Source: Octopus vulgaris (lineage: Eukaryota). Taken from it: a stretch of DNA of 64,000 bases. The stretch covers positions 38,688,001-38,752,000 of the forward strand of contig OX597821.1 of NCBI GenBank assembly GCA_951406725.2, read 5' to 3'. The position numbers and the translations under genes are program-made. Under the pieces are notes generated by a model. That model had not been told where the DNA came from. It saw only the letters and a list, made by a program, of their open reading frames with translations, and did no database searches. Shown here in pieces: positions 25,607 to 39,405 of the stretch (position 1 is the stretch's first letter; each line of letters opens with the position of its first letter).

Positions 25607-26126
25607 CAGTAGTTTTATTTTTATAGCGTGCTTTCACTTCACTACCGAGCGCAGCTCTGTGTGCCTTGGGTATGTGCTGTGATTTGTTGTGATGCTCTGA
25701 TGGTTATTGTATGGAAAGTGTTCTGCGTAGGATGTGTGCAGTGCCTAGTAGTGCAATTTTCTGTATGTTATATGTGTTTGTAAGTCCTGGTGTTTTTGTT
25801 ATGTATTTGTCTGAATATTTTTTTATCATGCCTAATGCACCTACTATGATAGGAATTGTTTCTGTTTTCAGGTTCCACATTCTAGTTACCTCTATTTCCA
25901 GGTCTTTGTATTTTGAGAGTTTCTCCATTTCTTTTAAAGACACGTTGTCATCAGCCGGTATTGATACATCAATTAGAAAGCATTTTTTTTCTTCATGATC
26001 TCTGACAACTATATCTGGTCTGTTGGCCTTAATTTCTCTATCTGTGTGTATCGACATATCCCAGAGTATGGTTGCTTTCTCGTTTTCTGTGACCTTTTCT
26101 GGTGTGTGCCTATACCATCTTTTTTC
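25607..26126 (-). mobile_element. R4/Dong-clade non-LTR retrotransposon 3' end (restriction-like endonuclease)
   Basis: Open frame WYRHTPEKVTENEKATILWD...NRPDIVV...LIDVSIP...EKLSKYKDL...IIVGALG...QKIALLGTAHILRR; (TAA)n on both sides. Confidence 0.9.
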
Positions 26127-26188
<62 letters not shown>

Positions 26189-26761
26189 AACAACAAACAA
26201 GATGAGGACAAATATCTGTCCAATGTAAATAATGTAAATGATGGACATTGATCAGCTTGCAATGCTTTACTGTGGCTTTGATTCTGCCCATCAAACACAG
26301 CTGAAAAGAATGAAATAAATGTTGGTTTCAAATTTTGGCACAAGGCCAGGAATAATGGTGGAGGTGGGTAAAAATCGATAACAGTGACCCCAGTACTCAA
26401 CTGGTACATATTTCATCAACTCTGGTGGCATTTGAAATCTGAATGTAAAGACAAGTAAGGCTGCTATGCATTTTTTCTAGTCTGGTAAAGATTTTGCCAG
26501 CTCAACACCTTGGATGGAACAAATATCAATATGTGTGTGAACACACACACACACGCACACAAACACACACACACAAACACACACACACACACATGTATAT
26601 ATATATATATGTATGTGTGTGTGTATATATATATATATATATAAAATTAAAAAATTCTTAGGGTAGCAAAAATATTTATAGAAAAATTCTTTGTTACCAG
26701 TAGTCTCGCGAGAAGGAAAAATTTAGTCAATAGACTATACATTATTCCTAGAAGAATACAG

Positions 26762-27017
26762 TGTACATTCAAACACATAAGAGATAACCAATAATAGGCT
26801 ATCTGACTCACTAGAAAGAGCAGTTAAAACTCCAAGCCACTCATAGTTGCAATTCTGAAAGGGAATTGCAGAAACTATGCATAGTCTAGGAAAAATAGAG
26901 TAAATGTTTTTATTTTTCATTCCCTTTCAGAATTGCAACTATTAGTGGCTTGGAGTTTTAATTGCTCTTTCTAGTGAGTCAGATAGCCTATTATTGGCTA
27001 TCTATTATGTGTTTGAA

Positions 27018-27023
<6 letters not shown>
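26762..27023. repeat. 105-bp inverted repeat with 52-nt spacer, between TA tracts
   Basis: Arms 26762-26866 and 26919-27023, 4 mismatches by eye. Confidence 0.95.
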
Positions 27024-27078
<55 letters not shown>

Positions 27079-28187
27079 ATACACAATTTTATTCTTTTTA
27101 ATGAGCAGAAGTTATAAACTAAGAACTAAATAGTTTTAATGTCTACTTTTCCATACTTGCCTGGTCTGGACAGGTCTAATGTATCTTTTTTTTTTCGAAA
27201 AAATTTCAATATTCATAATTTATCTGGGGTTTTATACCCTTTATATTATTAGCCATCAAAAGAACTGAGTGGGTATAGTGATCATGGCAGCAATTCTCAA
27301 AATAGTTCTCTCTGCCATAGCAGTTTTATTTTTTCAGTTGCTGTTCTTCATATTGAGTAATCTTTATCTCAGTAGAAGCCATATCTCTCTATCAGAGGTA
27401 CAAGGAACCACATAATAGTAAAGAAAGAAAAAAGTGCTTAGGTCACAAACAAGTTGCTTTATTATTATTTATTATTGAACCAAAACAAGATTACCTAACA
27501 GTAACGGTTGTGGCTGTGATGGACAGGTGCCTGTGAAGACACTAACTTGATTAAGAAAATAAGGAGAAACAAAAAAATGACTTAAGCATATTCATAATGA
27601 AGGATTTTAAACAAGAATTATGTGTGGAACTGTTTTGGTACAATTTTGAATTCATTTATTTTTCTTTAACTGATTTGTATTCTCATATTTTGAAATCAGT
27701 CACAGTTTGTTTGGTAAGAATATGAGAGAGAATATTTTGGGATATTTTACATAAATTAATAACTTGTAACTAAATAAGCAATAAAATACAAGTTTGCTTA
27801 ATTGAAGAAGTTATTTTTAAGGCCAACCACATAAAATTCTATCAAAAGGTTTATATCTGAAAAGCATTCCACTCTTCATTTCTCTGTGCATTAATTGCTT
27901 TGAATGTTTAATTCCATTTTCTTTCTTTCTAGTTTATATCTGAAGATCTTTTAATCAAATTCCTCACAGAAGTATTAAGAGTTTCTATAGCTTACTGAAT
28001 GACATAACCACAACTATTGTTCGTTTTATATTGTATCAATTGCTCTCATCACTTACCACTGCATGATGGACTGATATGAATAACTGAAGAAATAAAGAAA
28101 ATGTATTCTTCTACAATCAACATAATTAACCAATTCTAAGATTTAGTGATAGTCCGGGCATAAAATGAGTTCGGAGAGGCAACCAGA

Positions 28188-28424
28188 ATGCTCATGCTAG
28201 TTATGCCACATTCACAAAAGAATTTGTGCGCTTTTCAAAATAATATGTCTTGTAAGTACAATGAGAGATTTTCTGATATCAAAAGCAGATGTTATCTTCA
28301 ATGTGCTGAGTATTTCATCAATGGAATGTTTCGAGAATTTAGAATCAAATTTTGCAACTTTCGAAAACATTTGGGAAATATCAGTGTTGTCTCGAAAAGG
28401 CCATATTGTTTCGCTTGTCATTAG
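28188..28424 (+). pseudogene. Possible hAT (Charlie/SPIN-like) transposase relic
   Basis: AEYFINGMFREFRIKFCNFRK...RP resembles the Y...L..EF..RF.DF...PF segment. Confidence 0.35.
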
Positions 28425-28904
28425 CTAAGCTCTGGGCATTTAAGCAATGATTTCAGTGTTATCTCATTACTAAACTTATATCTGACATGAGATCAGAAGG
28501 CAGAGAAGATCAATTAGTTTGGAATAATAAAGTTAACAAATTCACACTGCAGTTTCACTATATTTCTCTGTATATTAATGGAAATATTAAATACATCCTT
28601 TCACTGATTGAAATTCTTGTCTATGAAATTAATCCCAATGTTATATCAAGGCAACACCATTGTAGTTGAATAGGAGGGTAGGGAAATATCCTTTAATGCA
28701 AGGGATCAATATACCATCCCTGAAAACTGAATATTCTTTCATGGAATTCATCTCATCCATGTAACCCTATGAAGTAGATCCATCACTGAGTTATATTTAT
28801 GACAGGAATTGAACCCCCACCCCCAACACTGTAACTTAAAGAAATAGCTGTCGTTTATTTAATGATGTTACTGTTAAATATTGATGTTCCATCGTTGTTC
28901 TAGT

Positions 28905-29115
28905 TAAGGCTGGCAGACTCATTAGAACACCAGAAAAAAAATGCTTCAATGGCATTTTGTCCATCTTTATGCTCTGAGTTCAAATTCTGCTGAGGTTGAC
29001 TTTGCCTTTCAACCTTTTGAGATCGATAAAATAAGTACCAGTTAAGTACTGGGGTTGATGTAATTGATTCATCCCCCTCTCCCAAACTTACTGGCCTTGT
29101 GCCAAAATTCGAAAA
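28905..29115 (+). mobile_element. SINE family C
   Basis: Collinear with 14218-14410. Confidence 0.8.
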
Positions 29116-29759
29116 TTTAAAATCTATGTTCCATTGTTGTTATTGTATAATTTTAGGTCAGTCTTGTTTGAACTGACTTAAAATCAATTGTAGTCCAGCC
29201 ATGACATGATCTTCCCATCTTATATTGGACAATATCATTCCATGCATCCTGGACAGAATGGATAACTTACTCTCTCTTTTAACCAATTGTAAAACTGTTG
29301 AATTGAGGGAATGCTCTCTCTCTCTTTCTCTCTGAAACTAGCTGCTATTTCTAGCAGGTGGAACAACTCTACAGAGTTACCTACAATATCGAATTGTATT
29401 TTGCCATGGTGCCTTTGTTGGAAAATATGTCCTCAAGCTGATTTTCCTTTTTTTCTCATGGTATCAAAAGAAATTAAATCACCAATCTACAAGTTTTTTA
29501 AAAAATGGCTGGTCTCCAAAAATATTATCTCTGTCTCCTTGTTTCTTTAATCACCTCAACATCTCCAGAGTAAATGAAATTTATTTTTTAATTTTTTAGA
29601 TGCACTCTTATTTCTTTGTTTTTATTTAGATGTACTCTTTTACAATAAATTAACAAAACACAAATGACAACATAAAGTGAGATAAATTCTGATCAGATTA
29701 AGTCATATTTATTTAGGCCAATCTCAAATCAGATCAGTCTGCTAGTGGTTCCTCTACTT

Positions 29760-30400
29760 ATTTCCATCTTCCTCACATTTTGTTAATTCATCAGAAATTT
29801 CCACTTCTATATCATCAAGAACGCTCATGCATGTAGGCATTGAATTGCCTTTCATGTATACTGAGATAGGATTGCCTTTCCTCTGATGGTCATGTATTGG
29901 CTTCCATACCACAAGCTGGCTGGCTGGCTGACCCTTCCTTGTCTTCCATTCTTTAAACATTGTCGATTGTCTACTGTACGTCGATGTTGACATTTCTGTT
30001 CAGAACAAAATTACTGTGGATGGTCAATAAGACATTTGACATTGCACTCCCTCTAAGCTACCTCTCTGGGCCTCCATACCAAGTACCAATTGGTGTACAA
30101 GAGTGAAATGAGCATAGTCAGTGATGGGGTTGCTTCGTAGTAACAACTCACTAGTTGATGCCCAACTGTTGCCTGATGGACCAGATCCTCCACTTAGCCA
30201 TAGTAACCTTCAAATTGTTAGTCTAGAACTCCTCCACCTTGTTGGTCCTGCTACCAATGTCATCACCATTTCCCAGGTACGGGAGGCTACAGGTTTGTTT
30301 GCACTATCCCAAGGTGTCACCCCAGTCTACAAATGGAAGAGGCAACTTACTCTCCCTTATAGTTCAACCACTTTTGTGGGTGCAATACCATACATATTGT
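29760..30400 (-). pseudogene. Highly decayed RTE-like LINE ORF relic
   Basis: QPASQLVVWKPIHDHQRKGNP resembles the RTE C-terminal LW.P..G.R..GRP; upstream YGI.P..VV-like segment. Confidence 0.4.
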
Positions 30401-30445
30401 TAATCACACTTTTAATCAATTGTAAAGATGTTGATTTGAGAGAAT

Positions 30446-30477
<32 letters not shown>

Positions 30478-30509
30478 GAGTAGGTATTCACATATTGATA
30501 CATTCTCTC

Positions 30510-30690
30510 CATTTCGTCTGCCACTACGTTCTGAGTTCAAATTTGCCGAGGTCGACTTTGCCTTTCATCCTTTTGGGGTCGATAAATTAAGTACCAGTTA
30601 CACACTGGGGTCGATGTAATTGACTTAATCCGTTTGTCTGTCCTTGTTTGGCCTCTCTGTGTTTAGCCCCTTGTGGGTAGTAAAGAAACA
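30510..30690 (+). mobile_element. SINE family C (5' truncated, less diverged)
   Basis: gttctgagttcaaatttgccgaggtcgactttgcctttcatcc. Confidence 0.8.
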
Positions 30691-32236
30691 GATATATTCT
30701 TTCCATAAATATCTTCTCTCTGTGTATACATAAATATACTCGTGTGCAAATATACATGTACCTGTGAATATCCATGTATGTAACATAGCATGTACATACA
30801 AATAGAAGAAAAAAATGAGGTGGAAAAAGAGAGAGTAATGAAAAAGTATAAAGAAAAAGTATATACTGTAAGAAAAGAGTCAGAGAAAGATGATAGGTGA
30901 TAGGAGACTACATCAATGGACAGGGAAACATCAAAGGTGGCAGTACTATGAAATGGTTAGGGTTAGGTGATATATAAGTATTTATAGAGAGTGGTATTAC
31001 TTTACAATCCATCAAAGATAGTGGTTGTATAAGAGTGAAGTAGAAATATATGTTCTTAAGTCTGTGGATGTGTGACAATTGTTGCTAGAAGGCAGTGTTA
31101 CAGTCTGGGAGAGTAACAGGTGGCTTGTGGAATAAGATGTTGGACCATTGTTTTGGAGAGTCTTTGAATGTTCTTAGAGATAGGGGAGGACGAAGAGAAA
31201 AATCACAGACTTTAAAGTAAATAAAGATGAGAAAATGGATGATATGATTAGTAATTAATGAATCAAGAAAAGTGAATGAATGATGGAAGTAAGTGAAACG
31301 GAAATCAATACAAAAAGGTAATTTTTGAAGTCTGAGATAAAATAGGTAATCTCTTCCCTGCTGAGTGAAGTGGCTTTGAGAAATAAGGGATGTGTGTATA
31401 CATACATACATACATGCATGCATACATACATACATACATACATACATACATACATACATACATACATACACATACATAAAACATATAAATCAGCACATAC
31501 ATACTTACATACATACATACATACATACATATAACAGCTGTTTGACTTGGGGGAAGATCTGAAGTATTAGGTAGATACAATTGCATTCTTCAAAGAGGTT
31601 AGGATAATTAGGGTCCATCTTGATCTTTATTGGTGCTTTGTTAAACTGTAGATGGAATTTTCTAGAAAGAAACCAGCTTAAAGAGAGAATTTCAGTTTAG
31701 TTTGAGAAGGGAGACACTAGATGGTTGTGGTGAAAGAAATATTTTACAGATGAATGGTCATTGTTTATGAGGGTTTACAGTGTGTGTGAATTTTAGTTCC
31801 ATACAGAAGAAAAGTTTGGAAACTCTAGGATTAAAGGTTAAATAACTGAGCAGTTCTAGGACTCAGTTAGTGACCTTGATATCCACCCTCAGCTAAAAAG
31901 GTTGGAAAGAAGCTGAGCAGGACAATTATAGACTAAGCAGGAGAGAGACCCAAAGATCAAAATTATGGATGATTCACATATGAGGCCAGGGAAATATGAT
32001 GTTTATTAAAGGAATATCTATTTAATTACCAATAATCATAATCATTTTAGCATCCACTTTCATTGCCTGCATGGTTGTAGTTTATTGAGCAAGATTTGCA
32101 TGGCTGGATGCTCTTCCTGTTATCAATTCTTGCCAGTTTCTTTTTCATGGCCAGACATCTGTTTGACAGAAGCCTGGAAGTGAATGACATTCATAGAGAA
32201 CAGTCTTGTGATTATAAGACGAGGAGATACATGCAC

Positions 32237-32274
<38 letters not shown>

Positions 32275-35099
32275 ACACACATACACACACACACACATAC
32301 ACACACACACACACACACACAAAATATAATTAAGATTCAGTTGAATTAAGTATGTAAGTTAAGGCACCTTGCCAGTTTGGTATATTCTGCACAGCTCCAA
32401 GTTAGGTGAACAGAATGTAAATAAGTAACAAGGATATACAGGTTTCAATACAATACAGCCGTTTCAAGTGACTCCATTTTAATTGATCATTGAAAACATT
32501 ACATCAATTTGAAAGAAATGACTCTCTTCAGATGCAGATGGCTATTTAAGATTTCAGACATAAAGGATAAACCATTTGTAACAAATTTACATCAATAATA
32601 GAAAGCAAAATAATTACATTGTCTCCTGTCCATATATGACTCTCAATTGCGAATTTGCCACGCAATAACCAGCATTTGGGTATGAATAATTGGGTACAGT
32701 ATATTGGCTAGGAACTATCCCTTAGTTGGTTGGCTTCCCAATCTCTAACTCTCACAGAAATATATATATATATACAACAGGCTTCTTTTAGTTTCTGTCT
32801 ACCAAATCCACTTACAAGGCTTTGGTTGGCTCGGGGCTATAGCAGAAGACACTTGTTCAAGGTGAACCTGAAACCATGTGGTTGGTAAGCAAGCTACTTA
32901 GCACACAGTCACTCCCATGCCTATATATGTATGTATATATATATATATATATATATGATGATGATGATGATGATGATGATGATGTGTGTATATATGTATA
33001 TATATATATATTGTAGTAGAAGACACTTACCCAGAGCAACATGCAGTGGGATTGAACCTGAAACCATGTGGTTGGGAAGCAAACTTCTCAACTGTATAAT
33101 GTATAACAATATCATGCCATACAGTATGGTATAACAGTATAATACCTAATACCATAATTGGATTAGAAGTTTACCTTGAAATCATAAACCTATGATAATT
33201 CAGTTCGGCTATCCTTTCAGCAATGCACCATTTCAGAATCTGTAGGGGTTTCATTTTTTTTTTCCCTAACATATTGATTATTATTATTAAATCTAAAGAT
33301 ATCTATAATATCGTTTGCATTAAAAAGCCTCTGTATATCTGTATTTCAAACAATAAATCTATTTAAATACATTCCAGCAAAGATTGCTATTTTCTCTCGG
33401 TGCAGTCTCCTGCTATCAAGTGCAATTTACACATTAATAACCACCTTGACAAAGCTGCAATTCATTGCGCTGTGTCAATTGCACAGGAGTCGGTAATAAT
33501 AATGTGTTGCTATCTTTATCATTTACCAAACAAAAACATCTTGTGCTGCCAAAACCTGTAATTTTGTTTTCAACAAAGCAAGTGTGCTCTGCGAGGATCA
33601 ATGTTTATAAAAATATCCCTTTAAATAGTGATTTTATTTCCTCAATAAACCTCGTCTCAATATTTATTGCAGTTGATTAGGAATTATTCATTAAATATTT
33701 ACTTGATCAACATCACAAACAAGTTTAATATTTTTTTACAATTAAAGCATAAGCGGATGCATAAATTAGTATAGAAATTTAACTCTTAAACAGCTCCATC
33801 TACATTTAAGTAGGTACCCCATAGAGGTAGAATTCAGGACCACAAACATTGCTTCTAGTGTTGAGTATCACTGTCTTGTGATGTGCACTGTATTTGTAGG
33901 TGTAGAACCCTTGTGCTTCATCAAAAGAAATTCAATTTAACCAGGTGGACCTCCAACACACGACACTGACACCCATTTGAAACCTCTATCCAAGAAACTC
34001 ATTTTTGTTTTTAATATATTTTTTGTGTTGGACATTTAGAAATATATCTTGCAGTAACAGTAAAGAATCAAACAACAAATATGCTATTTACCATATTCTT
34101 CACTGGAACCAATGAGTTATGACAAAGACGTCTGTCTGCCTTCATAAATAATGGAACAAATTTTGAATGGAAAAAACTTCCCGAGATCATTATGACGAAA
34201 CGTATACTGTCCAAAAATTCTCTCAGAAGAATATATAGCAATACATATTGTTCTACAATTGCTTGAAGCAAAACTAAATGAACAGAAAATATAAATTCCG
34301 ACTAAGTATATTATTATGGTGTACTTCTCTCCCACCTCCAACCCTGCCAATTATTATATTTCTACACTTCAAAGAAATTCTTCCCGTCAGTATCCTCATG
34401 CGATGTTTCCACTCTATTTCTTCAGATTGACTTACAATTCATTTTGGCTCTGTCAGTACTCTTTGTAAAGGAAAAAAAATCGTTATTAACTACAAGAAAA
34501 AAAAAATGGTTTTAACTGAGTTTCGTTTCCAGATTCCACTAAATTTCTTTCCATGTGCCATTTCGTCACCCCACCCCTATTATTCTAAGATAGTCATCAT
34601 TAAATTCCAACTCTTTTTCTATCCAAAATATTGAACTATCTTCTCATTTAATAGGATGGTGTCTTTTCCTAGTCTTCCATTTCTTATACATTGGCATCCT
34701 TCCATTGCTATTCAAATTTTGTTTCCTTTATAAACCGAAAATTCTCTCCTTGCCTTTGTTTTTGTGGGCTCAGAGGGTGTGCAAAGGTCATGGATGTAAC
34801 CAATACCAATCAATCAAAAACAGTAAAGAATATATGTGTACATCTTGATTCCATTTTTTTTTTTTTGATAGGAGAAATGTCTCATCATTTGCTCTTAACC
34901 ATTTCATTCAGCATCCTTACATCTTCCTCACATAACTAACCACTGGAGTTCTTTGTCGTTTGTTATTTCTGATTTTTGCGGAATGACTCAAGTATAGCTA
35001 GTGTTTTTATTTCGGTTGTGCTTTAACTCTTTCCAGCTTAGTCAATATTTTATATTTTTAACTTATCCACAGCCTAGAATACTTTTTGATATTATTTGA

Positions 35100-36280
35100 T
35101 TGAGTCGGGAAAAGGACAAAAACACTGCAATGGCAAGAAAGACAAAAACACCAAATCAAAAAATGCAACTAAATGTAGAAGATGAAGAAGAGGAAATATA
35201 CCATGAACAGTTAATGGAAGGAAATGTTCCAAACACTCAAATAAGTCATTTGGAAGAGAGTAACAATAACAAGATCAAGAACAATAGTAGCAGTAACTGT
35301 TGCATGATTCCAAAGGCTGAAGTTCTATTTATATAGCATCTGTGCATCAGAAAATGAACATAAGCAATTTTTTCACCTATCACTGTTACAGAGAAAAATG
35401 CAGATGTGAGAATGTGGTGAGACTGCTCAGCTTTTCTTTGCCACAGGAAAAAAATCCAGAAGAGAGAGCAAAGAGAAAAATTGTGAATCACTGATAATAA
35501 AAAGATAGGAATAAATTACAACAAACTCTCCAGGGGAAACCTCAACTGAATAACACAAAACCAGTAGCACTATTTGTTGTAACTTTATAACTGAAGACAC
35601 AGTGAAAACACAAGCTGGAATTGTCCAGAAATATCTCTGATTATACATTTGTACTGCAGTACATGGGCCAAAGAAACTTAAGAGACTAGACCCATGGCTA
35701 GTCATAATGCTTGTGTTACAATATAGACAAAGCAGGCTTATTAAAGGTAACTTGTGGTTAGGTGATATTAAAATGAAATTAGGAGTCCTAATGACAGCTG
35801 AAAGCCATAGAGACATAGTAGAAATGTACTTAGGAGAAAGCACAAGGAAACAAAAAGCATGAGATTGATGGTACACTGCAGTAGAAGGCCTAGTTATTAT
35901 ATTTATGAGAGTAAAACACACCTTAAAGAGAATCCTCAAAAGAAGTGGAAATATTAAGTAAAGAAAAAACTGAAGTAATAAAGATCAACAGCAAAAAGAA
36001 CAGCCCCAGTCTCCAGAACACCATCAGTCAAAACTCTGGGGGTTAGGTCAAGTATCCACAAACTGATGAGCAAATACCTCATCTTCTAACATCATCAGCC
36101 CGTAGCACAACATCATCATGTGATAAGGAAGAAACAGTGTTTGCAGATGAAAATTTTCAAAGTGCTCAGTGAAAATATGAAGAGAACAAAAAGGAAAACT
36201 CACAAGAAAAGAAAATCGAACATAAAACAATGAAAACAGATGAGAGAAATAGGTTCTTCTAAAAGATAAAGACAAGTTCC
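35100..36280 (+). pseudogene. Possible decayed L1/Tx1-like ORF1 relic
   Basis: A-rich coding-like strand; segment near 35878-35945 (AVEG, frameshift, PSYYIYESKTHLKENPQK) resembles a decayed CCHC knuckle. Confidence 0.3.
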
Positions 36281-36323
36281 TTCTTTCTGTCTCAACAGAA
36301 TTTGGAGTGATTGTGTATGTTGC

Positions 36324-36363
<40 letters not shown>

Positions 36364-36399
36364 ATATTTTTACTTTTTGTGTTGTCATTGAGATCTTAT

Positions 36400-38120
36400 G
36401 GCAATTTTGGGTAACATCTTCAACATGGTGAAATCATTTTTGAACCCATCTAGCTTTTTTTCAGTCACTTAGCAGTAGATATGTTCATCAATGTCCCAAA
36501 AATTTGAGTTCGAGAATTTTGTTAGCTTCTTGGACCTTACTTCTCATTTTATAATCAAACTCAATATTATATTTCTTATTACATCCAATTATCTTTCACG
36601 TGGATAGCTTACTTATTTTTTATGTTGAAATGCTTTTGAAGTAATAGTTTCATCTATTTTCTTTCCATAGTTACCACTCCACTCGCTGTGCATTTTAACA
36701 GCATTCATTGAACTTATTAGTAATGTTTTACTTTGTAATAGATTTCGACTTCTTGCTCAACATGCATTTGATAGTAATGAAATTTCTTCAAACACATCTA
36801 TCTTGATGTTTAAATCTTCTACAAAAGATTTGCATGAAAGACAACTAAACATTCCCTCATATTTTCCCCAGAAGAAAAAAATTCAAATACTGCTGGATAA
36901 ACACCCCTTAACGCAGCTGTTGATCTAAGGATACTAGCAACCCATCTTGGTTCTAAAACTCTAGTAAACTTTTGGATTTCTAATCCAAGTTGCCTTGAAA
37001 TTTTGGTAAGCTCCATTTGATTGGTGAATGATCCTGCATATTTAATCAATAGATATATTTGAAGTGGTTCATTTGTTTGATGTCTTTGAGAGAATCACCT
37101 GAAACAAAGTGCATATGATGACTCGAGCAGTGCCAAATTATGATCTCAGGAAAATTGTTTTTAAGTTTAACACTTGTTCCTGAATTCTTGCCAAGTATGA
37201 CACTTGCTCCATCAGAACAAATGCATTCAGGTTAATTTTTAGATATTCATTATCAAATCCTGAAAAATTCAGACACTGGAAAATGGAATTGTTTATTGTT
37301 TCTGTATTGTGTTCTTTCAGATCATGAAAACTGAGAAAATTTGTTGGTGAAAAAACCATAATCCTCAACTTTTATAAAAATGACAAAACTGGTCAACTTG
37401 AAATCATCAGAATCTCATCAATGATAGCACAAAGTTTTCATTTCTGAAGAATTTTTCAAAAATATTTCATTTTTAATTTCTTTCACAATATAATCAAATG
37501 TTTTACAGTTATCTTGCTAGAACAAAGTCCAATTCCTATAACTGATCCATTTTTTATTTGTAATTCAATATCTGGAAATGGCCTGTTTTTTGTTTTTTTT
37601 TATATTGTAGACAGTATTAAAAATTTTATGTGATGTTTATATAAGTTCTTTCAATATTTTGTCAATGGTTGTTGACAAAATAACATCTCAATGTTTTTGA
37701 GTTGCTTTACACATTTATTATGGGCTTTTGATAAAAGTTATTTATTTCTTTTCTAATATATGCCTGCTGGACAACACTATTGCTTTCTGATGCTTCAACA
37801 TTACAGTTTCTCTGTTCTTTTAAAGTATGGATTCTCTTAATACTTTGGACCCAAAGTTTGCTCAGGGATGAGAGTTGAGTTTCTAATTAACAGCAAGTAA
37901 CCTGTCATAAGTTATCATGAATTTTTCTGCCTGCTTCATACCCCAACAATCTGAAAGATTTCTTCTTTCAAGATGCACACTCTCAAATATTTCATCATAT
38001 GTTAATATTAAGGTTTGATGTTCAGTAAATTCTTGCTTCAAAACATTATCCCTCTCTTCGTTTTCATCTTGATCTTACCTTGAATCAATTCTTGAAATTT
38101 ATCTCCAAAAATTCGTCATA
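36400..38120 (-). pseudogene. Decayed hAT transposase (ZNF862/KIAA1586-like subgroup)
   Basis: Fragments GFDNEYLKINLNAF..., a frameshifted DGA/WHC..H region, and KFTRVLEPRWVASILRST..YPA; many stops and frameshifts. Confidence 0.75.
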
Positions 38121-38523
38121 TTTTGCTGTGTATTATTGCAGGGCTTCAAACTGTGAATAAACAATGTGAAAATATTTCAATTCTAATCATGTCTTTCATG
38201 GCAAATTATTGAATAAATATTCATTTCATGGTTAACTAATGAAAAGAAAAATAAAGTAATATGGTTTCATGAAAGGCCATTGTCACTTTCTTTTTATTCA
38301 ACATTTGTTGGTTCTATCATGATAAAACAAATTCATAGCAATAACTGGATATAATGATCATTGTAATAACTGGATGTAATAACCATTGTAATAATGAGAT
38401 ATAATGATCATTTGTTACAATGGCCATTTGTTAAATATTCTAATGCTAAATTACAAGCTAAAACAAATAATTCAAATGTTGTTTGCATGAGACCAAGTGG
38501 GAATGCAAATAATAATAATAATG

Positions 38524-38572
<49 letters not shown>

Positions 38573-39405
38573 TGATGATGATGATGATAATAATCTAAAA
38601 ATATGATGAAAGCCAAATCTGAAGAAGTTTGTGAAAATACAGAATTAAAAATAAATTCTTTTAAATGTATTGGGTAAAAACTACTTTTTATTTCAGTAAA
38701 ATGGTAGAATATAATTTAGACAAGTAAATTTAGAGGTTGATTTAGAGATTTTAAAGTAAAATTGAAACTTTTCATGATCACATCAACAGTGAAAGGAATA
38801 TTGTTCAGAGGCTATTCTCTTAAATTAACAAAAACAAAAGAATGCTTAGGGACAATTAAGGATTTATATTTCAATTTACAGACGGTGATTGGAATAAAAG
38901 ATGGCCAGAGTCATGAGGAGTTCTGATCCTACCTTCTTGGAAGTAGCTCACTGTTGTGTGAAGGAGTTGTTTGTGTTATTTTTTTACACTATTGTAACTA
39001 ATTTCAATATACTGTACTATGAATTTGCACCCCACCATATACCCCCTAACCATTTTGGAAACACTTCGTTGTGGCCAATAATAATAATTGTTATTATTAT
39101 TATTATCATCATCATTATTATTATTATTATTATTATTAGACAATACAAAGAGTGTGATGCGATTACAATAGATGTTTTATTGGTTGAGCGATACTGTGAC
39201 AGCTAGCCTGTCTTTATTGAATTCAAAATGAAAAGTGATAACATAGAAATTCAGAATTATGGAAATTCAAATTCAAAATCTGAACGAGGCAACCAGCATT
39301 CCCATGTTGATGGAATTCTATCATCAGTCTTCAGTTTTCAAGTTTACAACTGGCAAAAAGAAAAAGAAAGAAAAAAAACAGAAAAAAGAAAAGAGAACAG
39401 AATAC

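Larger units (their letters stand above)
25391..26248. mobile_element. Second copy of the palindromic hammerhead retroposon, invaded by an R4/Dong LINE
   Basis: Minus arm 25391-25606 is collinear with the 16.3-kb arm; plus-arm tail at 26185-26248; the centre is replaced. Confidence 0.75.

Noticed and set aside
32440-32760. Tc1/mariner transposase relic
   Set aside because: Only a faint WIGR...WP..SPDL-like trace; too decayed to call.
33175-33240. 65-nt minus-strand exon candidate (ILKWCIAERIAELNYHRFMIS)
   Set aside because: Purine-rich acceptor context, weak donor and no recognisable homology.
34175-34210. tcattatga-cGAAACGTA as a minimal hammerhead
   Set aside because: No CTGANGA core and no stem I.
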